In this document: positions 46,137 through 46,576 of the stretch, piece after piece
Numbering within the stretch: position 1 is the stretch's first letter
How the letters are laid out: the number at the start of each line of letters is the position of its first letter
Source: a virus
Strand: one strand, 5' to 3'
Length of the DNA stretch: 46,576 nt
Virus record (IMG/VR): IMGVR_UViG_3300025732_000004
The notes under the pieces: model-generated
What the model was told of the DNA's origin: nothing
Seen by the model: the letters and a program-made list of their open reading frames with translations, nothing else
Database searches by the model: none
Made by a program: the position numbers and the translations under genes

Positions 46137-46576
46137 TCAAGCGTAGGTGCCGCTGTCGTATGCCGTGTTGACGAGCATCCGCACCAGAGGCACGTTCTTG
46201 GCGTTCTGGTAAGCCAAGGCCCAAGAGCCGGTGGCGCCCAGGTTGCCGGTGGTTGCCAGGTTGCTGGGGTTGTCGCCGGCGGCGGCCCAGCGGGTGCCGT
46301 TGACGTGGTAACCGTAGTGGTAGTCCACGATCAGCAGATCCTGGAAGGACGGCTTGTTGCGGTCCGTCTCCAGACGCAGCTCCTGCTGCACACCTTCGGC
46401 AATAACGCCGGAGCCGAACAGGTACACGGGGTACTTGTTCAGGTGGGTGCTGGTGCCGCCGCTGATGACGCCCAGTTGGTCGTCAACAATGACGCGCAGG
46501 CCGGCGAAGGTGTTGTAACCGACGCCGCTCAAGCCGGAGGCAGCTGAGACGGTGGAACCGCTCACCTGCACCTGCA
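46137..46576 (-). CDS. Major capsid protein, 3' part (the non-redundant part is 46137..46449)
   Basis: ORF 46137..46571 continues the frame that starts at 764; see the feature at 1..764. Confidence 0.8.
   Translation of the reverse strand, partial: QVQVSGSTVSAASGLSGVGYNTFAGLRVIVDDQLGVISGGTSTHLNKYPVYLFGSGVIAEGVQQELRLETDRNKPSFQDLLIVDYHYGYHVNGTRWAAAGDNPSNLATTGNLGATGSWALAYQNAKNVPLVRMLVNTAYDSGTYA
46450..46576. repeat. Terminal direct repeat copy 2 (identical to 1..127)
   Basis: Same as copy 1. Confidence 0.9.

Larger units (their letters stand above)
1..46449. mobile_element. Complete tailed-phage genome (siphovirus-type, integrase-encoding), one unit length
   Basis: Full set of packaging, head, tail, lysis, replication and integration genes. 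The ends overlap by 127 identical nt, so 46576-127 = 46449 bp closes the circle. Confidence 0.85.

Overview
The window is one complete, circularly closed genome of a high-GC tailed phage of siphovirus type. The first 127 nt are identical to the last 127 nt, so the unit length is 46,449 bp, and the major capsid gene is split across the window ends.

Layout:
- Minus strand, structural module (read across the junction): large terminase, portal, MuF-like head protein, scaffold, major capsid, connector, a truncated sigma-like protein, tail tube, tape measure, distal-tail and tail-tip proteins. These are followed by a long run of small beta-rich and LamG-domain tail proteins and a 960-aa repeat-rich fibre.
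- Minus strand, lysis cassette: holin, a membrane-anchored coiled-coil protein, and a lysozyme-plus-cysteine-peptidase endolysin.
- Minus strand, replication and recombination block (9.3-16.8 kb): primase-helicase, PD-(D/E)XK nuclease, two ribbon-helix-helix proteins.
- Plus strand: family A DNA polymerase, a DUF3310 protein, a tyrosine integrase (so probably temperate), about 11 small early ORFs and a full-length sigma-70 factor.
- Plus strand, 6.2-8.8 kb: a cassette in the opposite orientation, sitting between a terminase-small-like gene and terL.

I found no tRNA, rRNA, CRISPR array or transposase. Most long ORFs antisense to these genes are high-GC artefacts.

Observations most worth follow-up:
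1. An 11-13 nt motif, GG(A/C)AAYCT(0-2 nt)YGG. It always points the same way as transcription and lies 2-23 nt upstream of at least 13 start codons. Back-to-back copies occur in both divergent structural intergenic regions.
2. A sigma region 2/3 protein without region 4, embedded among the head-tail genes, with a separately encoded small HTH protein close by.
3. A seven-copy TGAATG(G/C) iteron array inside a 560-bp hairpin-rich non-coding region, flanked by two convergent HTH genes.
4. An NblA-like ORF that overlaps the sigma factor 3' end convergently. This suggests a cyanobacterial host.
5. Low-GC patches that coincide with the putative receptor-binding domains.
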